Positions 19,486 to 29,695 of a stretch of 64,000 nt of DNA are shown piece by piece. Where the stretch lies: positions 475,156-539,155 of the forward strand of contig NW_026515634.1 of the NCBI RefSeq assembly GCF_000738915.1, written 5' to 3'. Origin of the DNA: Nematocida ausubeli. Lineage: Eukaryota. Made by a program: the position numbers and the translations under genes. Under the pieces are notes generated by a model. It searched no databases, was not told the origin of the DNA, and worked only from the letters and a program-made list of their open reading frames with translations. Numbering within the stretch: the first letter of the stretch is position 1; each line of letters begins with the position of its first letter.

Positions 19486-21411
19486 CTAGGTGCTTTCTGG
19501 GCTTATTTCAATTATCCTTCCCAGCACACTCGCTATTATTGGCGAGTGTGTGATGATAATAACAGTCTTGTCTGTTGCACAGAGCATATTGATGATTCTG
19601 TTCTCTACAAGACAATCCAGCTTAGATGTTGCCTCATCTAAAATGATGATGCCTGTCTCTCTTAGAAGACATCTTGCCAGGCGCACCTTCTGCTTCTCCC
19701 CGCCCGAAAGGTTCTTTCCAGACACGCCCACATTGTATTCGTATCCTTCCTGCTTAGTTCTTACAATCTCATCAATCTCCATGCTGCTTAGCACCTGCGA
19801 AAGAGCCTTATTGCCCGGGCCAGACCCGTACTCAATGTTGTACATAATTGTATTGTTGAAGAGGGATGAGTCCTGGGGCACAATTCCGACCTGCTCAACA
19901 ATCATCTTCTTGGTCATGTTCTGGATGTCCACACCGTGCACCTTGATTGTCCCCGTGTACCTTTTCTGCTTGAGCAAAAGAAGAATGAGTGTTGTCTTTC
20001 CACTTCCGCTCTTTCCCACAATGCACACCTTCTCACCCTCAAATATTTTGCAGGAGAAGTTCTTAATCAGGACATCAGTAGAGTTCTCTTGCGTGCAGCT
20101 TACATTGCTGAACTCAATAGCAACATTCTCCATTAGTTTGTCAGATCCAGAGAAGATGCACCCTGCATCCACTATCTCACTTTGCATGCCACTATTATAT
20201 GCCTGTCGGTTCTCATCATTTTCATTTGCCATGTCCCTGTAGCCATGCACATACTGGTCTCTTCCCCTGTCCTCATATGCAAAGTGGCTTGCTGTGTCGT
20301 CCGGGGAGACAGCAGGCAGCTCCATTCTAATTGAGAGGCCCGTGATGTACTCAATATAGAGCTTGCAGTCCACATAGTTCACAAGAACTTCCTTTGCAGA
20401 GATGGCAATCTCCATCAGGCAGTGGTCCATATTTCTTACATGCATCATAAGCTTGATAATGTCATCCATTTTCTGCTTTCCATACATCCAGATGTATGCC
20501 ATCAAGCAGACATGCACCGCTGTGTATATGGACTTCTGCACCACGTTCAGAGCAGCAACAATATTGCAGTCGTAGAAAATAAGATTCAGAAAGTTTCTTA
20601 TGTGGGCGTTGAAGGCTGCCACTTCTCTCTGCTCTGTGTTGTTCACTAAAATTGAGTCTTTGTTTGACATGCACTCTATTATGCTATGCGTGTATAGGTC
20701 GTCGCACTTGTTCATACGAACCTTGTTTCGCATGCGCATCCGCAGAAGAACAGCACTTATACCCACATAGAGCACGTTAAATCCTGTTATTACAGCCACG
20801 TACATCCAGTCCATTTTGAACAGATATGCATATGTTATGATCAAGGTTATTGTGTTTGCCAGTATCTTCACAAGCAGCCTCGTTAAAAGCTCTCGCACCC
20901 CTCTGTTTCCCCTATCAATCACTCTGTTTATTCTCGCAGACGCAATGGGAGATATTGCGTAGATGCTATTGCGGAATAGAGAGGTGGAGACATTGTACAG
21001 CGTATGGTTGGTAAACAGAGTGAACAGAAGAGTGTAAATCTCCCGCATCACGCAGGCAGCGAAAATCCACATGGCAGAAGTAAAAACACTCCACAGTGCG
21101 CCCTGCGTGTTCTCTGCCACCTCCAAGATGGTCTTTGATTGATAAATAATTGATTTCATAGACGCATGGTTGCATGCCAGGCAGATGGTAATCCCAATCA
21201 CTAAGAGAAATAGAGAATATATTCTTCTGTGCATAAAAGAAAAAACAAAGATAGCGTAGATAATTCCAGCGCACTGCAAAAGCGGCCCATGCAGTTTCTC
21301 TTTTTTACCGTGCACGCTTTTTTCCTTTTCCGCCTTCTTCACAGGATCTTCAATCAGCTCAAACTCCTGTTCTAGCCTTTTTCGCGGAAGTTCGGAAAAA
21401 TTCTTGTGCAT
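19486..21411 (-). CDS. Half-size ABCB transporter, Atm1/HMT1-like
   Basis: TMD with RVIDRGNRG. NBD with Walker A GKSGSGKT, Q-loop VPQD, signature LSGGEKQ, Walker B IILDEATS and H-loop ITH. Start taken at MHKNF, preceded by CCCGTGAAG. Confidence 0.9.
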   Translation of the reverse strand: MHKNFSELPRKRLEQEFELIEDPVKKAEKEKSVHGKKEKLHGPLLQCAGIIYAIFVFSFMHRRIYSLFLLVIGITICLACNHASMKSIIYQSKTILEVAENTQGALWSVFTSAMWIFAACVMREIYTLLFTLFTNHTLYNVSTSLFRNSIYAISPIASARINRVIDRGNRGVRELLTRLLVKILANTITLIITYAYLFKMDWMYVAVITGFNVLYVGISAVLLRMRMRNKVRMNKCDDLYTHSIIECMSNKDSILVNNTEQREVAAFNAHIRNFLNLIFYDCNIVAALNVVQKSIYTAVHVCLMAYIWMYGKQKMDDIIKLMMHVRNMDHCLMEIAISAKEVLVNYVDCKLYIEYITGLSIRMELPAVSPDDTASHFAYEDRGRDQYVHGYRDMANENDENRQAYNSGMQSEIVDAGCIFSGSDKLMENVAIEFSNVSCTQENSTDVLIKNFSCKIFEGEKVCIVGKSGSGKTTLILLLLKQKRYTGTIKVHGVDIQNMTKKMIVEQVGIVPQDSSLFNNTIMYNIEYGSGPGNKALSQVLSSMEIDEIVRTKQEGYEYNVGVSGKNLSGGEKQKVRLARCLLRETGIIILDEATSKLDCLVENRIINMLCATDKTVIIITHSPIIASVLGRIIEISPEST

Positions 21412-21492
21412 CTTCACGGGCGAGAAAAAGATTTCGCTTTTATAAAATGCACGTGCGCCCAACCAAGAGGTGTGCTCGCTAGTAATGGTGTA

Positions 21493-21565
21493 ACCCGGTT
21501 AGCTCAGTCGGTAGAGCATTGGACTTTTAATCCAAGGGTCGCGGGTTCGAGTCCCGTATCGGGTG
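21493..21565 (+). tRNA. tRNA-Lys (anticodon UUU), intronless
   Basis: Acceptor stem ACCCGGT/ATCGGGT, D-arm AGCTCAGTCGGTAGAGC, anticodon arm TTGGA-CTTTTAA-TCCAA, T-loop GGTTCGAGTCC. Confidence 0.97.
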
Positions 21566-21566
21566 C

Positions 21567-21572
21567 TTTTTT
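21567..21572 (+). terminator. Pol III oligo-T terminator of tRNA-Lys
   Basis: T6 run immediately after the tRNA. Confidence 0.75.
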
Positions 21573-21601
21573 ACTGAAGAAGAATATTTTTTCACACTAC
21601 C

Positions 21602-22369
21602 ATGCACTTTTCCGGAGCTCTTATTGCGCTGGACACCAACGTTCTGATGGGCAAGCTTCCCGTCATTAAAAGCCTCTGCTTTTTGATAGAAGACATAAAT
21701 ATGGGCCTGTTCTTGCCGTGCACGGTGATGAGGGAGCTAGACTGTCTGAAGGTAAAAAAACCCAGTGCCAGAGCGGCGATTCTCTTCATAGAGCAGGAAA
21801 ATGCAAGAGAGAACTGCAAAATATTTATAGAGCACGCTGTCACAGAAAAAGGAAGCACAAACGACGACTCAATAGTGTTTTCCTGCCAGAAGAACAATAT
21901 ATCTCTGCTTATCTCTGACGACACTGCGCTTCGTCTAAAGGCAAACAACGCAGGGCATGGCCTGCACTCAATTTCTGTTGAGAACAAGACAGCCAAAGAG
22001 CTATTGCTGGAAATAACGCAGCTTTTCCAAATGCACTTCATGGAGTGCGAGATGAAAGACGACTTTGTGGGGACTGCAAAGAAGGTCACTGTGCAGATTG
22101 CATTCACCATATACCACCGGCGGATACTTCCCATTGTGGAGAGGGAGCTGGGTGCTGACATGGTGCACTTTTACGTTCCATCTGATATAGACTGCTCTCT
22201 TTCCTCTCTTCTGAGGTATGTAGGAAAGAACAACCACCATTTGTTTGGTCGGTACTTTTCCAAATCCTCACTTTCAATAATGTCAAAACTGTCCTCTAAG
22301 AAGGTGGACGAGGACGACTTAAGAACGATCCTATCGCTTTTTAATGTTTCGTTCTCTGATATGTTTTAA
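21602..22369 (+). CDS. PIN-domain RNA endonuclease, Swt1-like
   Basis: PIN motifs IALDTNVLM, PCTVMRELDCLK, TNDDSI, LISDDTALRLKA. Confidence 0.85.
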   Translation: MHFSGALIALDTNVLMGKLPVIKSLCFLIEDINMGLFLPCTVMRELDCLKVKKPSARAAILFIEQENARENCKIFIEHAVTEKGSTNDDSIVFSCQKNNISLLISDDTALRLKANNAGHGLHSISVENKTAKELLLEITQLFQMHFMECEMKDDFVGTAKKVTVQIAFTIYHRRILPIVERELGADMVHFYVPSDIDCSLSSLLRYVGKNNHHLFGRYFSKSSLSIMSKLSSKKVDEDDLRTILSLFNVSFSDMF

Positions 22370-22385
22370 CTTGCGGGGCATTAAG

Positions 22386-23534
22386 ATGCATGCTCCTGTC
22401 TGCAGAATGAAAACCTTTCATGGGACAGACGTAGAGAAATGCGCACAGGCATACTGGGCCTCAAAGCAGCAAGATGTCACAGTGAAGGACTGCGAGTTTG
22501 GCACAACCTTTGCGTCCAGCAGAATATACACCAGGTGCAAGCTAGGAAGTATCTTAGTCATTTCAGTGCCCCCACACAAGATGCATCCATTCCCTGTTGA
22601 GTCAGACATTGTGCTGTTCCGCCCCATGCATGCAGCAATTGCTGCTTTGATCGATGCAGAGAGGTTTGAAATGATTCCTTTCACCAGGATATTCCATTTG
22701 TACTATGTAGATGCATCTGGGGAGGTAAAAATACCAAATAGCCGCGAGGAAATGGCCTTCTGCAAAGGAATTGTTCCAGAAGATAAGCTATGCATATATA
22801 GAATGGGAATGGAGTCTTTTGAAGAGAACTTTGCATCTCTCACAAAGCAGACAAAGAAAATGCTCCTTGGAGTGTTTGGGACCATGCAAGGAGTTAAGGA
22901 GTATTTGGCGCACTTTGGAGGACCGCAGTATCTATTCCCTGCGTGCCCGTTCAGCAAAGTCTCTGAGGCTCTTCTGATGTCGCATGCAAGTATTACTATT
23001 AAGGTAGAGAAGCCTGCAGACAGATCGCAGAAGAAAAAGGATCCTGCCTCTGGGACGCACTCTAATTCGCCAAGCCATGCAGCTAAAGACAGCCAGAAAG
23101 ATGAAAAAGATGCACTATCCAGTGATACCACTAAGAGTAGTACCTGTAGTCCATCTGACAGCAGACCAGAGGCTGTCTTAGAGAGTGATCCAAAGACATC
23201 TTCTCAAAGTATACCAGAAAATGCAGATTCAGATGACTTGCACGGTAAATGCACGGGTGCCAGTAGCAAAGAACACTCTTCTTGTTCTGAAGAGCATCAG
23301 AATAAACCCACATATTATAAAGTAATTGTTCTTAAACTGCCAGTGGCCTGTATTCCTTCTAAGTATGTTTATGCGCAAAATGAGGGCATTGTTCATGTGC
23401 TGCACGTTAAACTGTATGGTCTTCTATATTGCTACATCTGGTCAGATAAGCCCCTAGAGACAAAGATCCTTCGGGCAGTTGGAATATCTGAAAGAAATAT
23501 TCTTTTCCACTGTGAATTTACAGCTTGCAAATAA
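22386..23534 (+). CDS. Divergent Rab GDI / Rab escort protein-like
   Basis: FHGTDVEKCAQA resembles the GDI/REP GTG..E motif, and EYLAHFGGPQYLFPACPFSKVSEAL resembles S..RYG.SPYLYP.YG.GELPQ.F. A Ser/Asp-rich insertion is present. The ATG is preceded by GGGG. Confidence 0.5.
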   Translation: MHAPVCRMKTFHGTDVEKCAQAYWASKQQDVTVKDCEFGTTFASSRIYTRCKLGSILVISVPPHKMHPFPVESDIVLFRPMHAAIAALIDAERFEMIPFTRIFHLYYVDASGEVKIPNSREEMAFCKGIVPEDKLCIYRMGMESFEENFASLTKQTKKMLLGVFGTMQGVKEYLAHFGGPQYLFPACPFSKVSEALLMSHASITIKVEKPADRSQKKKDPASGTHSNSPSHAAKDSQKDEKDALSSDTTKSSTCSPSDSRPEAVLESDPKTSSQSIPENADSDDLHGKCTGASSKEHSSCSEEHQNKPTYYKVIVLKLPVACIPSKYVYAQNEGIVHVLHVKLYGLLYCYIWSDKPLETKILRAVGISERNILFHCEFTACK

Positions 23535-23549
23535 TATGAAATTAAAAAT

Positions 23550-24143
23550 ATGGACGGCGGAGGGGAGAGAGACCAGAACATAATTACAAATCTGGGGGAG
23601 TGCCCGCCTTCACAGAAGCACATGCAAAAGATCCTGACGGATAACATGCCATTCGCCTGCAATATCTGCAAAGAGGTTATTCTTAAAAAGCACATCTCAG
23701 TGCACATATGCACTGCTGCAGAAACTAAAAGCCAGCCAGAGAACACAAAGTTCTACGACACGCACTGTGCAGTCATGGACACGGAGACGGGTGTAGAGTG
23801 CACGCGCAGCCTGAACTGCAAGGTGCATTCGGTTCTTCTTAAAAGAGGCATTGCAAAAAGGTCTCTGCCGTATGACACTCTTCTGAAGAAAGTTGTAGAG
23901 GAGAGAAAGAAAAGGAAAATTGAGAAGGAAGAGATCAAGCTGGACAAGAAGGAGAAGAAAGAAGAGCCTAGCACAAAAATGGAGGACCTCATATGCAGCA
24001 AGATTCTCTCTCATGTTCCCATAATAGAGAAGACCTTTTATCTTCCAGAAATCAAGTTTGACACCTTAGCGGTTAGAAGTCTTTTTTTCCAGCCACTCAA
24101 GATATACAGAATGCAAAACGACAGAAGATATGCAAAAAAATAA
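23550..24143 (+). CDS. SGF73: SAGA deubiquitination-module subunit Sgf73/ataxin-7
   Basis: Zinc finger CNICKEVILKKHISVHIC plus SCA7 domain HCAV...CTRSLNCKVHS..LKR. Confidence 0.88.
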   Translation: MDGGGERDQNIITNLGECPPSQKHMQKILTDNMPFACNICKEVILKKHISVHICTAAETKSQPENTKFYDTHCAVMDTETGVECTRSLNCKVHSVLLKRGIAKRSLPYDTLLKKVVEERKKRKIEKEEIKLDKKEKKEEPSTKMEDLICSKILSHVPIIEKTFYLPEIKFDTLAVRSLFFQPLKIYRMQNDRRYAKK

Positions 24144-24169
24144 ATATGTAATCTGGGAATATATTTGAT

Positions 24170-25798
24170 TTATTCTGTAAGCAAGTCGTGCTTTATATAA
24201 GAGAGGGCCGCATCCAGCATATTCTTTGATCCTAGCAGTGCATCAAGAGTGTACCTCCAGATTTTCTTGGTGCTTAGGCTTGAGTTAAGAAGAAGCACCA
24301 TCATAAGGGCGTGTGTCTCTGTTGCTGTAGTCTTCCCCATCAGCTTTGCATATCCCTCACACAGTCTAATGTGGCTCTCAAGTGCACGTATGCTTACGTT
24401 GTCTATTTCCTTCAGCCTTCTGTAGTACATTTCAATAATGAGTTTGCACTCCTCGGAGAGAGTAACTTGTGTTTTCTTTCTTTCCTCAATTAAGTCACGA
24501 ATGAACATCTCGCACTTCTCCTCTGGCTTTTTTTCCAGGTTTTTGAGGGCAATTTCCTCATCAGAGGCCAGCAAGTCATCTATGCCCATAATAAGGTCGA
24601 ATCTGCTTAGAAGGGGAGGGGACAGCTTCAGAGACTGCAGTGCCCACTCCGTCTCTGTGTTGTGCCTGGCTGCTCCTATTATTGTGCAGCGTGTGTCTAG
24701 CTTTAAAATTATGCCGGCCTTTGCTATTGTTATGGTTTGCTGCTCCATGGCCTCAAGGATGGATGCCTTTTCTTCTTTCCGAAGACTGCCAAAGTCATCG
24801 ATGCAGCAGATTCCTCTGTCTGCCTGCGGGATGGCACCTGGCTCTATCATCCAGTCATTGTTTTCCCTTGTTGCGCATGCAGTCAGGCCTGCTGAGGTGC
24901 AGGATGTCCCTGTGGTCCGCACTGCAGGCACTGCAGTCTTCGCAGCAAAGCTAAGAAGCGTGCTTTTTCCAGAGCCTGTCTTCCCAACCAGCAGGATATG
25001 CGAGGACACTCTATTCTTGCTCTGCATCTCATAATACATCTGCTCTGCAAGAGTGCTCTCTCTTTCCTGAATACTTCCGCTCTCTCTATCCTTTGCATGC
25101 ACATCCTTTGTGCTTTCTTGCCCGCCAATTGTACACACAAGCATAGCCAGCTTTGTTTGTCGCAGGCCAGCAAGTGACGGGGCATATGCATCCAGCACTT
25201 CTTTCAAAAGACTAAACTCGCACTCCGGCAGCACATCCACATTTTCTTTATTATGAATTTTCTGCCGGGTAATTTCCAGTGCACGGATGGAATACTCGCA
25301 CTCTATTGGAAGACCTGCCTTCAGCCTGCGCCACAGCACCTCAACAACACCAGCCACCCGGACCACCTCCCCAGGCTTACAGCTATCTATGAGCCTGCCC
25401 TGCAGCTGGATGTTTATTGTTCTAGGAAGATACAGTGTATTTCTCTCCTGTATCTTTATCTCCTGATAGTCTATCTTTCTAGAACCTACCTCTTTGAACT
25501 TGAGCAGCCCCATCTTCATGACTGTTCCATACACAGAGACAATTCGCGTATAATGCTCAGACCTGGGATACGTTGATAGGTCGTATGCGTATGGAATGTT
25601 AAAGACAGGAGTGCTACCACTTCTCTGGGAAGCAAGCAGTCTCAGCACTTCCTCTGGATTACGGTCGTACTCTTTCATGATGTCAATGCGCATGGACAAA
25701 TTATCATTGGCCTTTTCTGGTCTCTCTCCATTATATATGCCCATATAGTTGTTCCTTTCGTATCCGTCTTCCACTCGATCCATATGCTCTCTGCCCAT
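24170..25798 (-). CDS. MCM9: MCM-family helicase, MCM9-like
   Basis: HILLVGKTGSGKS, VRTTGTSCTSAGLT, W.IEPGA..QADRGICCIDDF, EAMEQQTITIAKAG, LSPPLLSRFDL, IRALES. The TTG..STSAGLT...W.LEAGA pattern is MCM9-type. Confidence 0.8.
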   Translation of the reverse strand: MGREHMDRVEDGYERNNYMGIYNGERPEKANDNLSMRIDIMKEYDRNPEEVLRLLASQRSGSTPVFNIPYAYDLSTYPRSEHYTRIVSVYGTVMKMGLLKFKEVGSRKIDYQEIKIQERNTLYLPRTINIQLQGRLIDSCKPGEVVRVAGVVEVLWRRLKAGLPIECEYSIRALEITRQKIHNKENVDVLPECEFSLLKEVLDAYAPSLAGLRQTKLAMLVCTIGGQESTKDVHAKDRESGSIQERESTLAEQMYYEMQSKNRVSSHILLVGKTGSGKSTLLSFAAKTAVPAVRTTGTSCTSAGLTACATRENNDWMIEPGAIPQADRGICCIDDFGSLRKEEKASILEAMEQQTITIAKAGIILKLDTRCTIIGAARHNTETEWALQSLKLSPPLLSRFDLIMGIDDLLASDEEIALKNLEKKPEEKCEMFIRDLIEERKKTQVTLSEECKLIIEMYYRRLKEIDNVSIRALESHIRLCEGYAKLMGKTTATETHALMMVLLLNSSLSTKKIWRYTLDALLGSKNMLDAALSYIKHDLLTE

Positions 25799-25813
25799 CC
25801 TTTCCTCTCTTTT

Positions 25814-26635
25814 TTACTTTTTATGCATTTTATTCTTTATATGCTGTCTTAGCTCATACTTAGTCTTTAAATCAACCTTGTGTATTACTAGAGTGTAGTA
25901 TACGTGTGTGTTATTGTACAGTATGAGGTTGGCAGAGGGGTGACTTGTTTTGTAAAGAATAATAAAGAATGACATTTCCCGGATGGACATTGCAGTCTTA
26001 TACGAGTGTATTAGCTTGTTTGCATTTTCCTTTGTCCAGGGCCCTTTCTGCACGAATGGCCTAATGCCTGCTCTTTTTTCCTTTAGGTTGTAGTACCCAA
26101 AGAATCTGTCGTATATTTCCCGGGTTGTCCGGATGCCGCACTTGTTGTACTGCATCTCCTGCCCCCTTATTTTAATCTTTATCTTTTCGTTCTTCTTTAT
26201 GAGATTTATTATGCTTTTAAAGTCCTCTGCCGTGTACCCTCCTAAGGAATACTCTTTTATCGTCAGGGCCCTTTTTTCCTTTTCAAGGCAGTCACTGCAG
26301 GTGCACGCACTGTCTGAAGTGTATGCAATCCTGGCATATCCATGTGTCTTCAGATTTGACATCAGGATTCCTGTTGTCACCAGCTCCTTATGTGCTATGC
26401 GCTCAAGAAAAAGCTTGCTCTCTTTTGAGATTTTCACTACCTCTTTGTCGACAGCATGGCAGCCAAATCTTCTGGCAATGCATCTGAAATACTTTATGGA
26501 AACCTCAGGTCGAATGAGGGAGTATTTCTTGAACCGAATCTTCAGTACCTGATTGCAGACCGTGTGGCACACTAGATGCTCTTTTCGGATATATATCCTC
26601 TCCAGAAGATTGACAGTGCACTCCTTCATTTGCAA
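25814..26635 (-). CDS. Hypothetical basic protein
   Basis: About 270-aa ORF whose stop is 15 bp from the MCM9 start; the first ATG is MKECTV. No family recognised. Confidence 0.65.
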   Translation of the reverse strand: MQMKECTVNLLERIYIRKEHLVCHTVCNQVLKIRFKKYSLIRPEVSIKYFRCIARRFGCHAVDKEVVKISKESKLFLERIAHKELVTTGILMSNLKTHGYARIAYTSDSACTCSDCLEKEKRALTIKEYSLGGYTAEDFKSIINLIKKNEKIKIKIRGQEMQYNKCGIRTTREIYDRFFGYYNLKEKRAGIRPFVQKGPWTKENANKLIHSYKTAMSIREMSFFIILYKTSHPSANLILYNNTHVYYTLVIHKVDLKTKYELRQHIKNKMHKK

Positions 26636-27101
26636 ACAATCTAAATAATATTATTAATATAATGAAAATATTAATATTGGACCAATGCATGGCCAGGATC
26701 TATCGATAAAGACTCTTTCAATTTTCTTATTACCTCCAAGATATCAAACTGATATATGCTAAGTATGTATATTTTGTTAGGCTGTATTTTCTCTAGATAT
26801 TCAGATATGCTAATTTCAGCTAATTTAAAAATTTATTTATTTAATCTACTCTAGTGCTTGGGTGTAGTGTCTACTGCAGACAACAAATCTGGCTCTTTCA
26901 TTCTTCTAATACACCATATAAACAATGACTATTTTGCTTAACTTAAATATATGCTTCAAGTACTATTGTATTTATACTTTGACAGCTGGATATTTTATAA
27001 AAATAATATTTCATGGCACTCTATACAATAGACTAGAACCCATAATATACAACTATGAACATATTTGTATTTGTGATTTATTCTATGCAATGACACTTTA
27101 A

Positions 27102-28427
27102 TTATTCACTTTCACCAAATACGATTGCAATTAGTGCTAATATTCTACTTCCAATGGACAGGCCCAGCAGACTGTACGTTGACCAAAGGGAAAACATAGC
27201 ACATGCTGCAAATATGTATTTGGAGATGAGAGTGGCAATAAAAGACCTATTCCTAGAGAGAATGTAGCACATGCTAGGAAGAAGGAACATAATGCTGCAG
27301 CTGGCAGTAGATGCAATGAGATTCATTACAAATGCGTAGCTAAAGTTGAATAGTGACTCAATAAAGACAATTGCAGTTATGAGGAATATAATGGATATTT
27401 CAACTGCTCTTTTGTTTTTTGCAATTCTTTCCTTGAAGAAGATATTCAGGAAGGTAAGGACTGAGTCTCTAGTCGGATGCATCTGTAGTGGATATGCACC
27501 TAGTAGCACGATAATCATTGCTAGCTTTGACAGTGTGATTAGATGGAAATACAATGTACCCCATCTCTGGCCAAAATTGCTTAATATTATTTGGTAGAAC
27601 GGCCTAGTAGTATCTGCAAGGACATCCAGGATGGATGTATTCTGTCCATTTCCTCCTGCAATGTATCCTCCATTTGCAACCAGGAAGTATGCAACACTTG
27701 CTATGGAAACTGCAATTACGCCTACTCTGGCTCCATTTGCCTTTGTTGGGTTCTCTAGCAGCGAGAAAATGCTCACCATGTTCTGCTGGCACCCCAGGCT
27801 GAAGATATACCCACTCAGTGCTTTTGCTATATCAGAAGGCGCTGTAGTCACTGCCTTGATTGAGTCCCTGGCAATTCCGTTTGACGGAAGAACTAGGGCC
27901 AGTATGCCAGAGAGAAGAACAAAAAGAGAGAGGAAGATGACAGATACAGTAGAAAGGATTGATATAAAGGAGAGCTTCTTCAGACTTTTCTGCAGTGAGA
28001 GACCTGTTGGAATGACAAGCAGCAGCAGTGTGAATAGAATATCGTACGGCATGTACTCCAACATGCTTTTTATTCCAATCAAAGATGCCACCCATTGCTT
28101 CAGAATTAGAACGTATACAGTAATTGCGCCAAAGCCCTGCATCCCAATGCACAGCTCTGCAAAGTATCCGAGCACAGGATATGCACTTTGGCAGACTGCA
28201 AAATACGAAGGATTTTCTGTTCCCAGCTCTCTTGCGCAGTGCACCAATTGAAATAGCGTAAATGCGCAGATAGAGGAAACAAAGATAAGTATTGGCCCAG
28301 AGAGCAAGTACCCAGAGGCCTCTGCGGCTGCAGGGAGTGTTAAAACACCAGATCCAAGAATAGATCCAACCATTGGAAATATTGCTTGTTTTACTGAAAG
28401 TCCGTTTTTATTTTTTGCTATGTCCAT
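27102..28427 (-). CDS. Amino-acid transporter, AVT/Aa_trans family
   Basis: SILGSGVLTLPAA, FSLGCQQN, AYPLQMHPTR, and about 11 hydrophobic segments. Confidence 0.9.
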   Translation of the reverse strand: MDIAKNKNGLSVKQAIFPMVGSILGSGVLTLPAAAEASGYLLSGPILIFVSSICAFTLFQLVHCARELGTENPSYFAVCQSAYPVLGYFAELCIGMQGFGAITVYVLILKQWVASLIGIKSMLEYMPYDILFTLLLLVIPTGLSLQKSLKKLSFISILSTVSVIFLSLFVLLSGILALVLPSNGIARDSIKAVTTAPSDIAKALSGYIFSLGCQQNMVSIFSLLENPTKANGARVGVIAVSIASVAYFLVANGGYIAGGNGQNTSILDVLADTTRPFYQIILSNFGQRWGTLYFHLITLSKLAMIIVLLGAYPLQMHPTRDSVLTFLNIFFKERIAKNKRAVEISIIFLITAIVFIESLFNFSYAFVMNLIASTASCSIMFLLPSMCYILSRNRSFIATLISKYIFAACAMFSLWSTYSLLGLSIGSRILALIAIVFGESE

Positions 28428-29049
28428 TAGCTAATCTCCTAATATTTTTGCTTTATGCTCCCCTTATTACCCCAAATTAATTCATGCCCCTTAATTTATC
28501 TCCTTAAAAACAACTTGACAGAATGAGTGTTTAATTGATTTTTCCAGATAGTAGCACTCTAGTGCCCTCTATTATATACAGTGAATATTTCTATTCTTTG
28601 CCTTAAGTGCCTTCTTTGGGCTAAAAATATTAATGGAAACTGCCACTGCCCTGCTGGTATTTATTCAGACAAATATCATAGAATGGACTCTGCCTCTTTA
28701 AAATAGGAATAATTTTAAAGGCACAGATTATTGTTTCTAGTCTATCATTTTCCACAAGATTTCACAGTATTTGTTTAGTATGCAGAGACTACAGATTACC
28801 ACGTCTATAGATATACAAATAAACAACAAGATTTTTATCATATGTCTTGTTACAACTAAGTCTAATAGTTCCATAAGAAAGATCCACCTAACCAGATTAT
28901 AATTAATCCTTATCACATAAATCCTTAGTTATTTACAATATCATGTCTTCTTCTGTCTCTTACATAGTATATCTAGCCACTAAATATTTAAGTGGTTTTT
29001 CTCTGTTTTTATGATTATTGTATGCAGTTCAAGCAAAAAGACCTCAAAG

Positions 29050-29083
29050 AAATACAAAGCTCAAGAAAATACAAAGCTCAAGA
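29050..29083. repeat. 17-bp tandem duplication AAATACAAAGCTCAAGA x2
   Basis: Read directly from the sequence. Confidence 0.8.
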
Positions 29084-29239
29084 AAAATATAAATCCCTGA
29101 GAGAGTAAATATGCACTAATCTTGCACTAGTCACGTGTTTTACTTCTATAGATATTTTATTTATTTTTCATGCTGGAATATTCAGGGTACTACGTGTAGG
29201 CTGTTCTTGTTTTAAATGTAAAATATTTATTTTGACATT

Positions 29240-29695
29240 ATGAATGTTTCCCTATTCTCTTCACTTGTCTTGTTTGACATGCCGCTTCTGACAAACATAC
29301 TGCTGTATTCTGCTACCATATTGACCTTTACTATTTATTACACAATGTACAACATATATGATGTATATTATATGGTTGCTTCTATTTTCATCATGTGCAG
29401 TGAACTGTCTATTTTCGAGATTGCCCAGATATTCTACTCTTACTTTTATTTTTATTTCTTTGTTCTTCTGTGTTTGCTCTTTCTAATTTTCTTTGTTCTC
29501 TATATGTGCTGCAACTACACGGATAATATTGTGATAACCATCTCGTCAATTGTCTGCTCTATGCTTTTCATGATTATTTTTTTTTCTTTCACATCCCAGC
29601 CACTCGATCTACTGTCCTTTCTAATACGAGGATTCTGGTTTCTTGTCCTAGAAATGGCAATAATTGCTGGCGTGATTGTTAATCAGCACTTATAA
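29240..29695 (+). CDS. Hypothetical polytopic membrane protein
   Basis: 151-aa, very hydrophobic stand-alone ORF with AATAAA just after the stop. Confidence 0.6.
   Translation: MNVSLFSSLVLFDMPLLTNILLYSATILTFTIYYTMYNIYDVYYMVASIFIMCSELSIFEIAQIFYSYFYFYFFVLLCLLFLIFFVLYMCCNYTDNIVITISSIVCSMLFMIIFFSFTSQPLDLLSFLIRGFWFLVLEMAIIAGVIVNQHL

Noticed and set aside
26025..26055. QKGPWTKE, Myb-like
   Set aside because: The remaining Myb tryptophans and helices are absent.
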